A DNA stretch of 38,943 nucleotides from Candidatus Micrarchaeia archaeon (lineage in GTDB: Archaea > Micrarchaeota > Micrarchaeia > Norongarragalinales > UBA8480): positions 1-38,943 of the forward strand of contig JBAMLY010000006.1 of NCBI GenBank assembly GCA_039794045.1, read 5' to 3'. Positions 1 to 9,356 of the stretch are shown here, one piece after another. The notes beneath the pieces were generated by a model that had not been told where the DNA came from, did not search any database, and was given only the letters and a program-made list of their open reading frames with translations. Each line of letters starts with the position of its first letter. The first letter of the stretch is position 1. Both the position numbers and the translations under genes were made by a program.

Positions 1-18
1 GAAAAAGAAAAGAAGCAA

Positions 19-116
19 AGCCTCCGGCGAGGATTGAACTCGCGACCTCCTGTTTTCCCGCTGAAAACTTTTCTCTTTGTTACAAGACAGGCGCTCTACC
101 ACTGAGCTACGGAGGC
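19..116 (-). tRNA. tRNA-Thr(UGU) with 26-nt intron at canonical 37/38 (intron 55..80)
   Basis: Reverse complement folds: acceptor GCCTCCG/CGGAGGC, D arm GCTC/GAGC, anticodon stem CCTGT/ACAGG with CT-TGT-A, T arm GCGAG-TTCAATC-CTCGC. BHB central helix CTTG/CGGG. Mature 72 nt, no encoded CCA, T-rich tract downstream (1..18). Confidence 0.95.
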
Positions 117-122
117 GCACTT

Positions 123-161
123 TTTTTGCTTCGTCACTGCGCTTCGCTTCGTTCGCAAAAA
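123..161. repeat. Short palindromic REP-like element upstream of tRNA-Thr
   Basis: TTTTTGC (123..129) and GCAAAAA (155..161) enclose TTCGTCACTGCGCTTCGCTTCGTTC. Confidence 0.4.
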
Positions 162-374
162 CCCGCGCTAAAAAAGTATAAACAACGGTGTTTTTCTTTC
201 TTTTTCCGTTAAACCGCTTTTTCTTTCTCGCGAGCTTTTTTTGTTGGTTGTTGCTCGCGAAAGCTTGGCTGCAGGTGTTGCGCCGCGCCCTTGAAATGCA
301 GGCGACTGCCAGCAAAGTATTTTTATTTCTCCCCAAACACGTGCATTTAATTAGTTGCTGCGAGTTGAGTTAAA

Positions 375-818
375 GTGACTGAAAAAAAAGAAGTAGAAGA
401 AGTTGAGCGCAAGGTCGCGGAAGAGCTCGCGAAGCGCTTTAATTACAACCCCAAAAAGTTAAACGAGTTGTGTGCCTTCGTGGCCGCGTTGCACGACTTT
501 TCCCACCAGTTGCAGGAAAACAGGTATTACTCTGAAGCACTCGCTAAAAAAGTCTTCGAGCTCACGCTCGAGTTTGACGCCATTTCACTCGAGGTAGAGG
601 GGCTGCGCATGCGCTCGCGGCAACTGGAAGACGAAATTGAAACCTCTTTGCTGGCGAAGCGAAAGCCGGCAGTCAACGCAATGAAAGGAACGCAAGTCAA
701 GAAAGAAGTCGAAGAAGCCTGGGAAAACGCGATGAAAGCCCACGCCAAACTCGAAAGAATACTCTCCGAAATACGCTCCGAATACAAGAGAAAAACTTTT
801 AACGCTTTTTTTGGCTGA
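375..818 (+). CDS. Hypothetical helical/coiled-coil protein
   Basis: 147-aa E/K-rich ORF, GTG start, preceded by an AT-rich promoter-like tract; no recognised family. Confidence 0.7.
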   Translation: MTEKKEVEEVERKVAEELAKRFNYNPKKLNELCAFVAALHDFSHQLQENRYYSEALAKKVFELTLEFDAISLEVEGLRMRSRQLEDEIETSLLAKRKPAVNAMKGTQVKKEVEEAWENAMKAHAKLERILSEIRSEYKRKTFNAFFG

Positions 819-937
819 AAAAAGGTTTTTAGTGGCTTTTTAGACGTTTTCTGCATTGTTTTAGGGCTTTTTTGCTTTTGCTGGGTTTTGTTGAAGCGAA
901 AAGGTTTTTAATTTGTTGTTGTAATTGTTTTAACGCA

Positions 938-1249
938 ATGATTTACACGGACGAGCTCTTGTGGGCTTTAATTGTTTTCGTGGGCGTTGCGTGGTTCGCC
1001 TTGCGTTACTTAGTAGTGTTTAAGGCGAACTGGATTACGATTGTGTTAGTCGCAGTAATTGGCTTGTTCGCGTTGCCTTACCTGCCTCAAGTGATGACGC
1101 GGGATTTGGCGGTTGGCGCGTTGATGGCTTTTGCTGTGGTTTACGCAGTCAAGACGATTTTCAAGACGCAGGACTGGGTTAAGAGCGCGGCGCTCGTGCT
1201 CGTGTTGTACGTTGGAGCGAGCTTGCTGCTCGGCTTTCAAGTCGCTTGA
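938..1249 (+). CDS. Hypothetical membrane protein (about 4 TM helices)
   Basis: Hydrophobic ORF; ATG at 938 (MIYTDELLW) more plausible than the TTG at 872. Confidence 0.75.
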   Translation: MIYTDELLWALIVFVGVAWFALRYLVVFKANWITIVLVAVIGLFALPYLPQVMTRDLAVGALMAFAVVYAVKTIFKTQDWVKSAALVLVLYVGASLLLGFQVA

Positions 1250-1286
1250 GTTTTCGTGGCTTGACGGCGTCAAGGAATTGGTTTGA

Positions 1287-1439
1287 ATGACTTACGTTTG
1301 CTGGAAGTGCAAGAAGGAGTTCAAGGACGAAGACCTCGAAATAGAGGAAGGAGTAATGGGAGTTCGTTGCTCTTTTTGCGGAAGCAAAGTCCTCTTTAAG
1401 AAGACTCCTCCTGTTGCAAAAAAAGTTAAAGCAATCTAA
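1287..1439 (+). CDS. rpoP: DNA-directed RNA polymerase subunit P (Rpo12)
   Basis: Not in the ORF track. Translates MTYVCWKCKKEF...VRCSFCGSKVLFKKTPPVAKKVKAI: Zn ribbon plus typical RpoP C-terminus. Confidence 0.93.
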   Translation: MTYVCWKCKKEFKDEDLEIEEGVMGVRCSFCGSKVLFKKTPPVAKKVKAI

Positions 1440-1458
1440 GATTCAAAGGGTTTTTTGA

Positions 1459-2412
1459 ATGGGTAAAAAGAGTCCCAGGCGCGGCTCTATCGCGTTCTGG
1501 CACAGGAAGAGGGCGGCGTCGCAGAACCCCCGAGTGAGGTGCTGGCCGGCGTTGGATAAGGGGCTTGCCGGCTTTGTTGGCTACAAGGCAGGAATGGCTC
1601 AAGCGCTCTTGGTGGACGACAGCGAGTCGCCTTTGAAGGGACAGGAAGTCACGCGCGCGATAACCGTCGTGGCAGTGCCTCCAGTGTTCGCTTACGGCGT
1701 AGTGCTTTACGGCAAGACAGCTGAAGGACTCAAGGTGTTAGGGCAAGCTGTTGCCTCCAACGCCCCAAAAGAAGCAAGGCGTGCTCTCACTCCAGCTAAA
1801 AAGCAATCTTCTCTCGAGAAAATAGAGCAATTGCTTCCAAAAGCCGTGGAAGCCAGGCTGTTGATGGTGACGCAGCCGTGGAAGGCTGGAATCAAGAAGA
1901 CTCCAGAAGTAGTGGAAGTCGCTGTCGGCGGCAAGAACGCCGCGGAACAGTTCGCTAACGCGAAGGCCTTGCTCGGCAGGGAAGTGCGCGCAGCTGAAGT
2001 TTTAAAGGAAGGCGATTACTTTGACGCAGTCGCAGTAACCAAGGGAAAAGGCTGGCAAGGAGTAGTAAAGCGTTTCGGCGTCGCGTTGAATCCTCACAAG
2101 GCAACCGGGGCTTACCGCCACGGCGGGGCTTTGGGTGGAGAAACTCAAGCCAAAATTTTTTACACTATCCCGCGCCCGGGTCAAATGGGTTACCACCGGC
2201 GAACTGATTGGAACAAGAGAGTGTTGAAGGTTGGAAGCGACGGAAGCGAGGTTACCCCGAAAGCCGGCTTCAAGGGCTTCGGAGTAGTAAAAGGCGATTA
2301 CTTGGTGGTAGAAGGAAGCGTGCCCGGCCCAGCCAAGAGAATGATTAAGTTGCGCAAGGCTCTGCGGGGAACTGCATCAAAGAAACCGGAAGTGCGCGCC
2401 CTATTAATCTGA
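1459..2412 (+). CDS. rpl3: 50S ribosomal protein uL3
   Basis: PRRGS, GYKAGM, KGKGWQGVVKRFG, GQMGYHRRT and GSVPGP motifs. Confidence 0.98.
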   Translation: MGKKSPRRGSIAFWHRKRAASQNPRVRCWPALDKGLAGFVGYKAGMAQALLVDDSESPLKGQEVTRAITVVAVPPVFAYGVVLYGKTAEGLKVLGQAVASNAPKEARRALTPAKKQSSLEKIEQLLPKAVEARLLMVTQPWKAGIKKTPEVVEVAVGGKNAAEQFANAKALLGREVRAAEVLKEGDYFDAVAVTKGKGWQGVVKRFGVALNPHKATGAYRHGGALGGETQAKIFYTIPRPGQMGYHRRTDWNKRVLKVGSDGSEVTPKAGFKGFGVVKGDYLVVEGSVPGPAKRMIKLRKALRGTASKKPEVRALLI

Positions 2413-2420
2413 TTAACAAG

Positions 2421-3230
2421 ATGGTTTTCATGAAGGTAAGCGTTGTAAAAGCTGACGGCTCTCTCAACGGAGAACTAGAGCTTCCAAAGCAGTTCGAAGA
2501 AGAGTACCGGCCGGACTTGATTCGAAGGGCTTTCCACGCGCAGCGTTCCGTTTACTATCAACCAAAAGGCAACTACGTTCTCGCCGGCTTCCAGACTACG
2601 GCAGACTATTATGGTAGAAGGCACACTTGGAGGCAGACGATAAATACTGGGCGCTCTCGGTTGCCGCGCGAAAAAATTCCCAAGGGAAGAAGCGGCAGAG
2701 TCCGCATCGTGCCACACGCCGTGGGAGGCCACAGGGCGCACCCGCCAAAGCCATGCAAGAAAATAATAGAGAAAATAAACTTGAAGGAAAAAAATTATGC
2801 TTTGCGTAGTGCCATAGCCGCGACTGCAAGCGAGGAAATAGTTAGAAAGAGAGGACACAAGTTTTCCTGCAAGCTGCCCCTCGTGGTAGACGATTCCTTC
2901 CAAGAAGTCAAGCGCGCAAAAGAAGTTAAAAGCATTCTTGAAAAGCTGGGCTTGGCAGAAGACTTGGCTCGTGCGAGAGAAGGACGCAGAATGCGTTCTG
3001 GGCGGGCGAGGCTCAGGCGCGGTGGCTACAAGACGCCTAAAAGCGTTCTTATAGTGATAGGCGAAGACAAAGGCGTTTGGCGTGCGGCGCGCAACATTCC
3101 TGGCGTGGACGTAGCGAGAGTGGAAGAGTTGGACGCCGAGTTGCTTGCTCCAGGCGGGGACGCTGGAAGGCTTGCTTTGTGGACTGCGAGCGCGTTGAAC
3201 AAAATGCAGGAAAAAGAATTATTCTTTTAA
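2421..3230 (+). CDS. rpl4: 50S ribosomal protein uL4
   Basis: RPDLIRRA, GGHRAHPP, ARNIPGVD, LAPGGDAGRL; alternative start at 2430. Confidence 0.97.
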   Translation: MVFMKVSVVKADGSLNGELELPKQFEEEYRPDLIRRAFHAQRSVYYQPKGNYVLAGFQTTADYYGRRHTWRQTINTGRSRLPREKIPKGRSGRVRIVPHAVGGHRAHPPKPCKKIIEKINLKEKNYALRSAIAATASEEIVRKRGHKFSCKLPLVVDDSFQEVKRAKEVKSILEKLGLAEDLARAREGRRMRSGRARLRRGGYKTPKSVLIVIGEDKGVWRAARNIPGVDVARVEELDAELLAPGGDAGRLALWTASALNKMQEKELFF

Positions 3231-3245
3231 TGGGTGTTCAAGGAA

Positions 3246-3497
3246 ATGACTTCAATTCTTTATCCCGTGACGACAGAAAAAGCGGTTGCAGGAATAGAAC
3301 GAGAAAATCGCATGACATTTGTAGTGGAAGCAAGCGCCACCAAGAAAGACGTTAAAAGCGACGCCGAAAAGTTGTTTAAGGAGAAAGTAGCGAAAGTCAC
3401 GATCTTAGTTACACCCGACGGTAGAAAGAAAGCAATGGTGCGCTTTGCTAGGGCGGGCGCTGCAGCCGACGTGGCAGCAAAACTGAAAATGGTTTGA
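3246..3497 (+). CDS. rpl23: 50S ribosomal protein uL23
   Basis: PVTTEKA, KKAMVR; operon position. Confidence 0.96.
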   Translation: MTSILYPVTTEKAVAGIERENRMTFVVEASATKKDVKSDAEKLFKEKVAKVTILVTPDGRKKAMVRFARAGAAADVAAKLKMV

Positions 3498-3513
3498 TTT
3501 CAAGTTGGTTTGA

Positions 3514-4281
3514 ATGGGAACTCACATTATAGCGCAAAAGAGAGGGAAAGGCAGTCCAGCCTACCGCTCTCCAGGACACCGTTTTTACGGTGACGTCGCT
3601 TACTCGGCGCCTTACCCACAAGAGAAAGAAGGCGCGTTGCGCGGAGAAGTCATTGCTTTCGTGGACGACCCGGGCAGGACGCCGTTGTTGGCTGAGGTAC
3701 TGCTTGAAAATGGAAAGAAGGAAACCGTGATTGCAGCGGAAGGATTGAAAATAGGAGACGAAGTGTTCTTCGGAAAGAACGCCAAGCTAGCAATAGGGTG
3801 CGTGATTCCACTCGCTTCCGCGCCAGAAGGAACTCCTGTGTTCAACATCGAACTCACTCCCGGCGACGGCGGAAAGCTCGCGCGAGCAGCCGGAGCAGTT
3901 GCTTACGTGGTTTCGCACGACGAAGAAACAGGAATGGTGGGCGTAAAGCTTGCCAGCAGGAAAGTAAAGCTTTTCTCGCCAGAATGCCGTGCCACAGTCG
4001 GCGTTGCGTGCGGCGGTGGGCGACTTGAAAAGCCCTTCAAGAAAGCCGGGAAGCGCTTCCACGCTTTGAAGGCGCGCAACCAATTGTATCCAGTTACTCG
4101 CGGAACAGCAATGAGTGCCTACGACCACCCACACGGCGGCAGGTCTTACGGCACGCCCAGCCAAGTTTCGCGCAATGCGCCGCCAGGAATGAAGACCGGC
4201 TTGATTGCGGCTCGGCGCACTGGACGAAAGCGCGGCAAGACGAGGCCCACAGAACAACAAGGCGCTAGCAGAACGCAGTAG
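3514..4281 (+). CDS. rpl2: 50S ribosomal protein uL2
   Basis: DPGRTP, NIELTPGDGGKL, RGTAMSAYDHPHGG. Confidence 0.98.
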   Translation: MGTHIIAQKRGKGSPAYRSPGHRFYGDVAYSAPYPQEKEGALRGEVIAFVDDPGRTPLLAEVLLENGKKETVIAAEGLKIGDEVFFGKNAKLAIGCVIPLASAPEGTPVFNIELTPGDGGKLARAAGAVAYVVSHDEETGMVGVKLASRKVKLFSPECRATVGVACGGGRLEKPFKKAGKRFHALKARNQLYPVTRGTAMSAYDHPHGGRSYGTPSQVSRNAPPGMKTGLIAARRTGRKRGKTRPTEQQGASRTQ

Positions 4282-4294
4282 GAGTGATAACTTA

Positions 4295-4681
4295 ATGGCG
4301 AAAAAATTTGCTTTCAAGGGACTTGAATTAGAGCAGTTAAAGAAGCTCTCGCTTGAAGAGTTCACGAAAATCGCTCCCGCGCACGCGCGCAGGACTTTGA
4401 AGCGCATGAGTCCTCCACTCAAAAAGTTTTTGGAGAAAATGCGGCGCGCGAAAGCAAAGAACAAGCCAATGAAAACGCATTACAGGAACGCGCCAGTAAT
4501 CCCTGAAATGATTGGAATGCATTTCAAAGTATACAATGGAAAAGAGTGGGTGGATGTCACGATAAAACCCGAAATGCTGGGGCACAAGCTAGGCGAGTTC
4601 AGCATTCCAATAAAGCTCGTCAAGCACCACGGCCCAGGCATTGGAGCTACTCGTGGCTCCAAGTCAGTGGAACTCAAGTGA
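4295..4681 (+). CDS. rps19: 30S ribosomal protein uS19
   Basis: KTHYRN, YNGKEW, GHKLGEFS, PGIGATRGS; SD-like GGAGTGA upstream of ATG 4295. Confidence 0.97.
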   Translation: MAKKFAFKGLELEQLKKLSLEEFTKIAPAHARRTLKRMSPPLKKFLEKMRRAKAKNKPMKTHYRNAPVIPEMIGMHFKVYNGKEWVDVTIKPEMLGHKLGEFSIPIKLVKHHGPGIGATRGSKSVELK

Positions 4682-4686
4682 GTTTA

Positions 4687-5205
4687 ATGGGATTGTACAA
4701 GTACGCTTTCAAAGTTGAAGATGAAAAGAAAGTGGCGCGCGCGCAAGGCTACGACTACAACGCCTCTTACAAGGACTTAACGCAAGTGTGCAGAGCCATT
4801 CGTGGCAAAAACGTGGACGACGCCCGCAAGATTCTCTCTGAAGCGATTGCGTTAAAGAAAGCAATTCCTTACCACAAGTTCAACAAAGGACTGGGGCACA
4901 GGAGCGAGTTGGGTGGAAAAAAGGGAAGGTATCCAAGAAAAGAAGCAAGAATAGTCCTCCAACTCTTGAACAACGCCGTAGCCAACGCCGAACACAAGGG
5001 ACTCGACAACGAAAAGTTGTTCGTGAAAAGCGCTATTGCCTACAAGCAAAACACTTTCCCGCGCTACAGGAGGTTTTGGGTAGGCGGAGCGACGCTGGGA
5101 TACGGGAAGCAAGCCATTAGAAGCGATTACGTTACCGCGCGCGTCGAAATAACTTTGGCGGAGGGAACGCGCGAGAAAAAACAAAAAAAGCCCAAGAAAA
5201 AGTGA
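4687..5205 (+). CDS. rpl22: 50S ribosomal protein uL22
   Basis: GRYPRKEA, NAVANAEHKGL; operon position. Confidence 0.96.
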   Translation: MGLYKYAFKVEDEKKVARAQGYDYNASYKDLTQVCRAIRGKNVDDARKILSEAIALKKAIPYHKFNKGLGHRSELGGKKGRYPRKEARIVLQLLNNAVANAEHKGLDNEKLFVKSAIAYKQNTFPRYRRFWVGGATLGYGKQAIRSDYVTARVEITLAEGTREKKQKKPKKK

Positions 5206-5218
5206 GTCGTGATACTGG

Positions 5219-6040
5219 ATGGCAAGCGAAAAAAAATTCATTAAGAAGGCGTTAAACGACTTCGCGGTAACCGAGTTCTTGAAGTGCGAACTCGAAAAAG
5301 CAGGGGTTTCAAGCATCAGCACGACAAAAACGCCGCTCGCCACGCGCATCGCGATTCACGTTAGAAAGCCAGGCATAGTGGTTGGCAAGAAGGGAGTCAC
5401 GATTCGCGAGCTCGCGGAAACACTGGAAAAAAAATACGGCGTTGAAAACCCGCAAATAGAAGTAATAGAAGTAATGAACCCCACGCTTGACGCGCAGTTG
5501 ATGGCTGAAAAAATAGGCAAGCAAATAGAGTTGCGTGGCAACATAAAGCAAGTAATGAGGTTCGCCTTGAAAGACATGATGGATGCGGGCGCCATAGGCG
5601 CGGAAATACGCGTTGCAGGGAAAGTAGTAGGAAAAGGCGGAAAAGCGAAGGCGCTCGCAGTCAGAGCAGGTTACCTCCGCAAGGCAGGAAAGGAAACCGA
5701 GAAAGTTCAAGTCGGGCGTTACACTGCTTACTTGAAAGCCGGCGCCATAGGCGTAACCGTTCGCTTGGTGCCACCAGGAACAGTGTTCAGCGACCAGATT
5801 TCAGCTTCAAGCATAAAAGAAGAAGAACTCGCGGCGCCGCAACCCAAACCAGTAGAGCAAGCACTGCAGCCGAAGAACGAAGAAGCAGTGATCGAACAAA
5901 AAATAGAAGAAGCAAAAAAAGAAAAAACTAAGACTGCCCGCCGAAAACGCGCGCCAGCAAAGAAGCAAGAAAAACCAGAGGAAGCAAAAGAAAGCGAAAA
6001 AGAGAAAAAAGAAGAAAAAAGCGAGGCAGCGAAGAGCTAA
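5219..6040 (+). CDS. rps3: 30S ribosomal protein uS3
   Basis: KH domain PGIVVGKKG, GAIGAEIRVAGK; charged C-terminal tail. Confidence 0.97.
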   Translation: MASEKKFIKKALNDFAVTEFLKCELEKAGVSSISTTKTPLATRIAIHVRKPGIVVGKKGVTIRELAETLEKKYGVENPQIEVIEVMNPTLDAQLMAEKIGKQIELRGNIKQVMRFALKDMMDAGAIGAEIRVAGKVVGKGGKAKALAVRAGYLRKAGKETEKVQVGRYTAYLKAGAIGVTVRLVPPGTVFSDQISASSIKEEELAAPQPKPVEQALQPKNEEAVIEQKIEEAKKEKTKTARRKRAPAKKQEKPEEAKESEKEKKEEKSEAAKS

Positions 6041-6055
6041 AAATGAGTGGTTCTC

Positions 6056-6262
6056 ATGGCGATCATTAGAAAAAACGAGTTAAATGAAATGAGTGTTGAA
6101 GCACTCCAACAAAAACTCGTTGAAATAACTGGGGAAATAGCGCGAGAAAAAGGCTTGATTGAAGGCACTGGCAAGCCATCCAACCCAGGAAAATACAAGG
6201 AAATGCGCCGCCTTCGCGCCAGAATAAAAACAGAGTTGGCGAAGCGCGGCATTAAAGCATAG
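6056..6262 (+). CDS. rpl29: 50S ribosomal protein uL29
   Basis: NPGKYKEMRRLRARIKT; operon position. Confidence 0.95.
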   Translation: MAIIRKNELNEMSVEALQQKLVEITGEIAREKGLIEGTGKPSNPGKYKEMRRLRARIKTELAKRGIKA

Positions 6263-6316
6263 AAGCATTTTTTAATAAAGCCAAACAAAAAGTAAGGTAA
6301 AGAGGAACCAATAGAA

Positions 6317-6622
6317 ATGGGCGAAATTTGTTCGAAGTGCGGACTCCCCAAAGAAATCTGCGCTTGCCAGTCCATTGGAAAAGAAACAACTAACTACATA
6401 AGGATTTACGCCACGAAAAAGCGCTTCAACAAACTCGTCACAATCGTGGAAGGACTCGAAGGCGAAGAACTTTCGAGGACCGCAAAAGAGTTGAAGCACA
6501 AGCTCGCTTGCGGCGGTTCCTCTAAAGACAACGTCATAGTGCTTCAAGGAGACCACCGCGCGAAGACGAAAGAACTCCTCGTGCAAATGGGTTACCCCCC
6601 TGAAAGCATTAAGACATCCTGA
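6317..6622 (+). CDS. sui1: Translation initiation factor aIF1 (SUI1)
   Basis: CSKCGLPKEICAC, LKHKLACGG, LQGDHR. Confidence 0.96.
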   Translation: MGEICSKCGLPKEICACQSIGKETTNYIRIYATKKRFNKLVTIVEGLEGEELSRTAKELKHKLACGGSSKDNVIVLQGDHRAKTKELLVQMGYPPESIKTS

Positions 6623-6646
6623 GCTTCAACGGCTCGCGTCGCGTTC

Positions 6647-6949
6647 ATGACCGTTCGAGACGAAAAAAGTCCTCGGCCTCGTCGAAAGCAGGCGCCGCGC
6701 TTCCTCTTGGAAGAAATAATTGGAAAAGAGGTTCGCGTGGCTCGCTCAAGCTGCAAAGACTTGGCGGGCACTCAAGGCAGAATCTTGGACGAGACTAAAA
6801 ACACTCTTCTCCTTCAAACGGAGAAGGGAAGGAAGAGAATACCGAAGTCCTGCTGCGACTTCTTCTTCGTAGAAGAAGGCGTGGAAGTGCCAGGCAAGAC
6901 TTTTGCCGTGCGCCCCGAAGACAGGACAAAAAAACTCTTCCGCAAGTAA
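6647..6949 (+). CDS. rnp1: RNase P protein component 1 (Rpp29)
   Basis: GRILDETKNTL, RPEDRTKK; conserved position between SUI1 and uS17. Confidence 0.93.
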   Translation: MTVRDEKSPRPRRKQAPRFLLEEIIGKEVRVARSSCKDLAGTQGRILDETKNTLLLQTEKGRKRIPKSCCDFFFVEEGVEVPGKTFAVRPEDRTKKLFRK

Positions 6950-6995
6950 GCGCTTGAAGCGCTCGAAAAAACAACGAGAAAAGGCAGGGAACAGA

Positions 6996-7286
6996 ATGGC
7001 AGAAAACAGTTGCAGTGACGTGCGTTGCCCCGAACACGGAAGGTTGAAAGTACGGGGCGCAATCAAGGAAGCAAAAGTAGTCAGCGCTAAAGAACGCAAG
7101 AGCGCGGTAGTGCAAATAGACTACCAAAGGAAAGTGCCGAAGTACGAGCGCTTTGAAAAAAGAAGGAGCCGCATTCACGTTCACGTGCCAGAATGCATGA
7201 ACGTCAAAGAAGGAGACCGCGTCTTGATTGGAGAGTGCAGGAAGCTCTCCAAGACTAAAGCGCACGTTGTAATCAAGAAGCTTTGA
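6996..7286 (+). CDS. rps17: 30S ribosomal protein uS17
   Basis: CSDVRCPEHG, KYERFEKRRS, ECRKLSKTK. Confidence 0.97.
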   Translation: MAENSCSDVRCPEHGRLKVRGAIKEAKVVSAKERKSAVVQIDYQRKVPKYERFEKRRSRIHVHVPECMNVKEGDRVLIGECRKLSKTKAHVVIKKL

Positions 7287-7297
7287 GGAGATTCGCA

Positions 7298-7693
7298 ATG
7301 CGTGGACTTACTGCTCGGGTTACGAAGCCGCTTGGAATTGGGTCGCGCTTGGTTTGCGACGACAACAGCGGCGCAAAAATAGTTCAAATCTTTGGAGTGG
7401 CGGGCGCCAAAGCGCGCTTGCGCAGAGTGCCTTCCGCTGGAATTGGAGATGTCGTAATAGTTTCAGTCAAGAAAGGCAAGCCTGAAATGATAAAAAAGAA
7501 AGAGCGCGCCTTGATCGTCAGACAAAAAAAGGAATTCAAGCGCGGCAAAGAGAGAGTAAAGTTCGAGGACAACGCTTGCGTGCTCATAGACGACCAAGGA
7601 CTGCCGAAAGGCACTGAAATAAAGGGCTGCGTCGCCAGGGAAATCGCAGAGCGCTTCCCAAAAGTAGTAGCGATAGCAGCAGCAGTGGTTTAA
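7298..7693 (+). CDS. rpl14: 50S ribosomal protein uL14
   Basis: DNSGAK, FEDNACV, KGTEIKG. Confidence 0.98.
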   Translation: MRGLTARVTKPLGIGSRLVCDDNSGAKIVQIFGVAGAKARLRRVPSAGIGDVVIVSVKKGKPEMIKKKERALIVRQKKEFKRGKERVKFEDNACVLIDDQGLPKGTEIKGCVAREIAERFPKVVAIAAAVV

Positions 7694-7705
7694 GCGGTGT
7701 TGTAA

Positions 7706-8083
7706 ATGAATGCAGTCAAGAGAAAGAAAAAAGCTTTTCACGCCAGCAAGCAGCCACGAAAAGCGCGAAAACGCTTTTACTCGATGCCGCTTCACAAGAA
7801 GGCCAGCTTGGTTAGAGCACACTTAAGCAAGGAACTGCGCAAGAAGCTAGGGTGCCGCAGCGCGCGCCTCCGCAAAGGCGACAAAGTACGCGTAATGCGG
7901 GGGTCATTCAAGAAAAAAGAAGGGAAAGTAGTGGAAGTAGACTTGAAGAAAGCCAAAGTGTTCATTGAAGGCATAGTTTCGAAAAAACAAGGTGGAAAAG
8001 AAAAACTCATTCCACTCCAGCCCTCCAACTTAATGATAATAGAAACCGAACGCAAGCCGAAAGCGGCAAAAGAAAAGAAGTGA
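7706..8083 (+). CDS. rpl24: 50S ribosomal protein uL24
   Basis: SKQPRKARK, KOW motif KGDKVRVMRG. Confidence 0.97.
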   Translation: MNAVKRKKKAFHASKQPRKARKRFYSMPLHKKASLVRAHLSKELRKKLGCRSARLRKGDKVRVMRGSFKKKEGKVVEVDLKKAKVFIEGIVSKKQGGKEKLIPLQPSNLMIIETERKPKAAKEKK

Positions 8084-8090
8084 TGGTGGC

Positions 8091-8804
8091 ATGGCAGGAC
8101 ATGGAAGGAAAAGGCACTTAAAGCGCCTTGCAGCACCGCGCGTAATGCCCGTGCAACGCAAGACATTCGTTTGGCTGAAAAAAACAGGGGCAGGAGCACA
8201 CAAGAAAGACGAAAGCATTCCCGCGCTCGTTGCACTCCGCGACATCCTCCAAATAGCGGGAAGCGCGAGGGAAGCCCGCAAGATACTGCGCGCGAAAGAG
8301 TTTTTCGTTGACGGCAAAGCTGTTTGCGACGAGGCGTTCCCAATCGGATTGATGGACGTCGTCTCAATCCCGAAAACCAATTCTTATTACCGCGTGCTAG
8401 CACGCAAAGGAAAACTCGCCTTCACCCCCATTGCAGCGGAAGAAGCAAAACAAAAGCTTTGCCGTGTAATGAACAAGACGCCAGTAAAAAACGGAAGAAT
8501 TCAACTCAACTTGCACGACGGACGCAATTGCTTGATAGAAAAAGAAGAAGACCAGTTCAGCGTGGGCGACACCCTAAAAATCGCTTTGCCGACACAAAAA
8601 ATAGAAGGCTTCATCAAACTGGAAAAAGGCGCGCAGTGCTACATCTTCAAAGGCAAGCACGCTGGCAGCACCGCCGTACTCGAAAAAATAATAGAGTACC
8701 CGTACGGAACGCCGAGCGATGCAGTACTCAAAAACGAAAAAGGAGAAGAACTAATCACCCTCAAAGACTACTTGTTCGTAGTAGACAAGAACTTTAAGAT
8801 TTGA
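8091..8804 (+). CDS. rps4e: 30S ribosomal protein eS4
   Basis: HLKRLAAP, PIGLMDVVSI, QLNLHDGRN. Confidence 0.97.
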   Translation: MAGHGRKRHLKRLAAPRVMPVQRKTFVWLKKTGAGAHKKDESIPALVALRDILQIAGSAREARKILRAKEFFVDGKAVCDEAFPIGLMDVVSIPKTNSYYRVLARKGKLAFTPIAAEEAKQKLCRVMNKTPVKNGRIQLNLHDGRNCLIEKEEDQFSVGDTLKIALPTQKIEGFIKLEKGAQCYIFKGKHAGSTAVLEKIIEYPYGTPSDAVLKNEKGEELITLKDYLFVVDKNFKI

Positions 8805-8816
8805 TTGGTGTTTTGA

Positions 8817-9344
8817 ATGAATCCAATGCAGCAAGTCAAGCTCGAGAAAGTCACTTTAAACATTGGTATCGGCTCCGCAGGCGAAAAACTAGAAAACGCT
8901 AAAACACTGCTGGAAAGAATCAGTGGCGCCAAAGCGGTTTACACGCAAGCAAAGCGACGCAATCCTACCTTCAAAATAAAGAAAGGCGAAAACATTGGCG
9001 CGAAAGTCACGCTGCGGGGAAGCCGTGCCGTCGAAGTGCTAAAGAAAATGCTGGAAACAATAGACTATTCATTGAAAGAAGAAAGCTTTGACCGTTACGG
9101 AAACGTTTCCTTCGGCATAAAAGAATACATTGACATTTCAGGAATGAAGTACGACCCAAAAATAGGAATGATGGGGTTCGACGTCTGCGTTTCCCTCGCA
9201 AAACCTGGAAAGCGCGTGACATGCCGCCGCATCGCCAAGAAAAGGATTTCAGGGCGCCAAAAAGTTAGTGCCGCAGAAGCTCAAGCGTTCATGAAAGAAA
9301 AATTCGGCGTAAAAATAGTTTCGGCAAAGGAAGTCGCAGAATAA
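8817..9344 (+). CDS. rpl5: 50S ribosomal protein uL5
   Basis: NPMQQVKLEKVTLNIG, GAKVTLRG, SFGIKEYID, YDPKIG. Confidence 0.98.
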   Translation: MNPMQQVKLEKVTLNIGIGSAGEKLENAKTLLERISGAKAVYTQAKRRNPTFKIKKGENIGAKVTLRGSRAVEVLKKMLETIDYSLKEESFDRYGNVSFGIKEYIDISGMKYDPKIGMMGFDVCVSLAKPGKRVTCRRIAKKRISGRQKVSAAEAQAFMKEKFGVKIVSAKEVAE

Positions 9345-9356
9345 GTGGGTGGTTGT

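Noticed and set aside
188..373. 61-aa Phe-rich ORF
   Set aside because: Derived from T-rich intergenic/promoter sequence.
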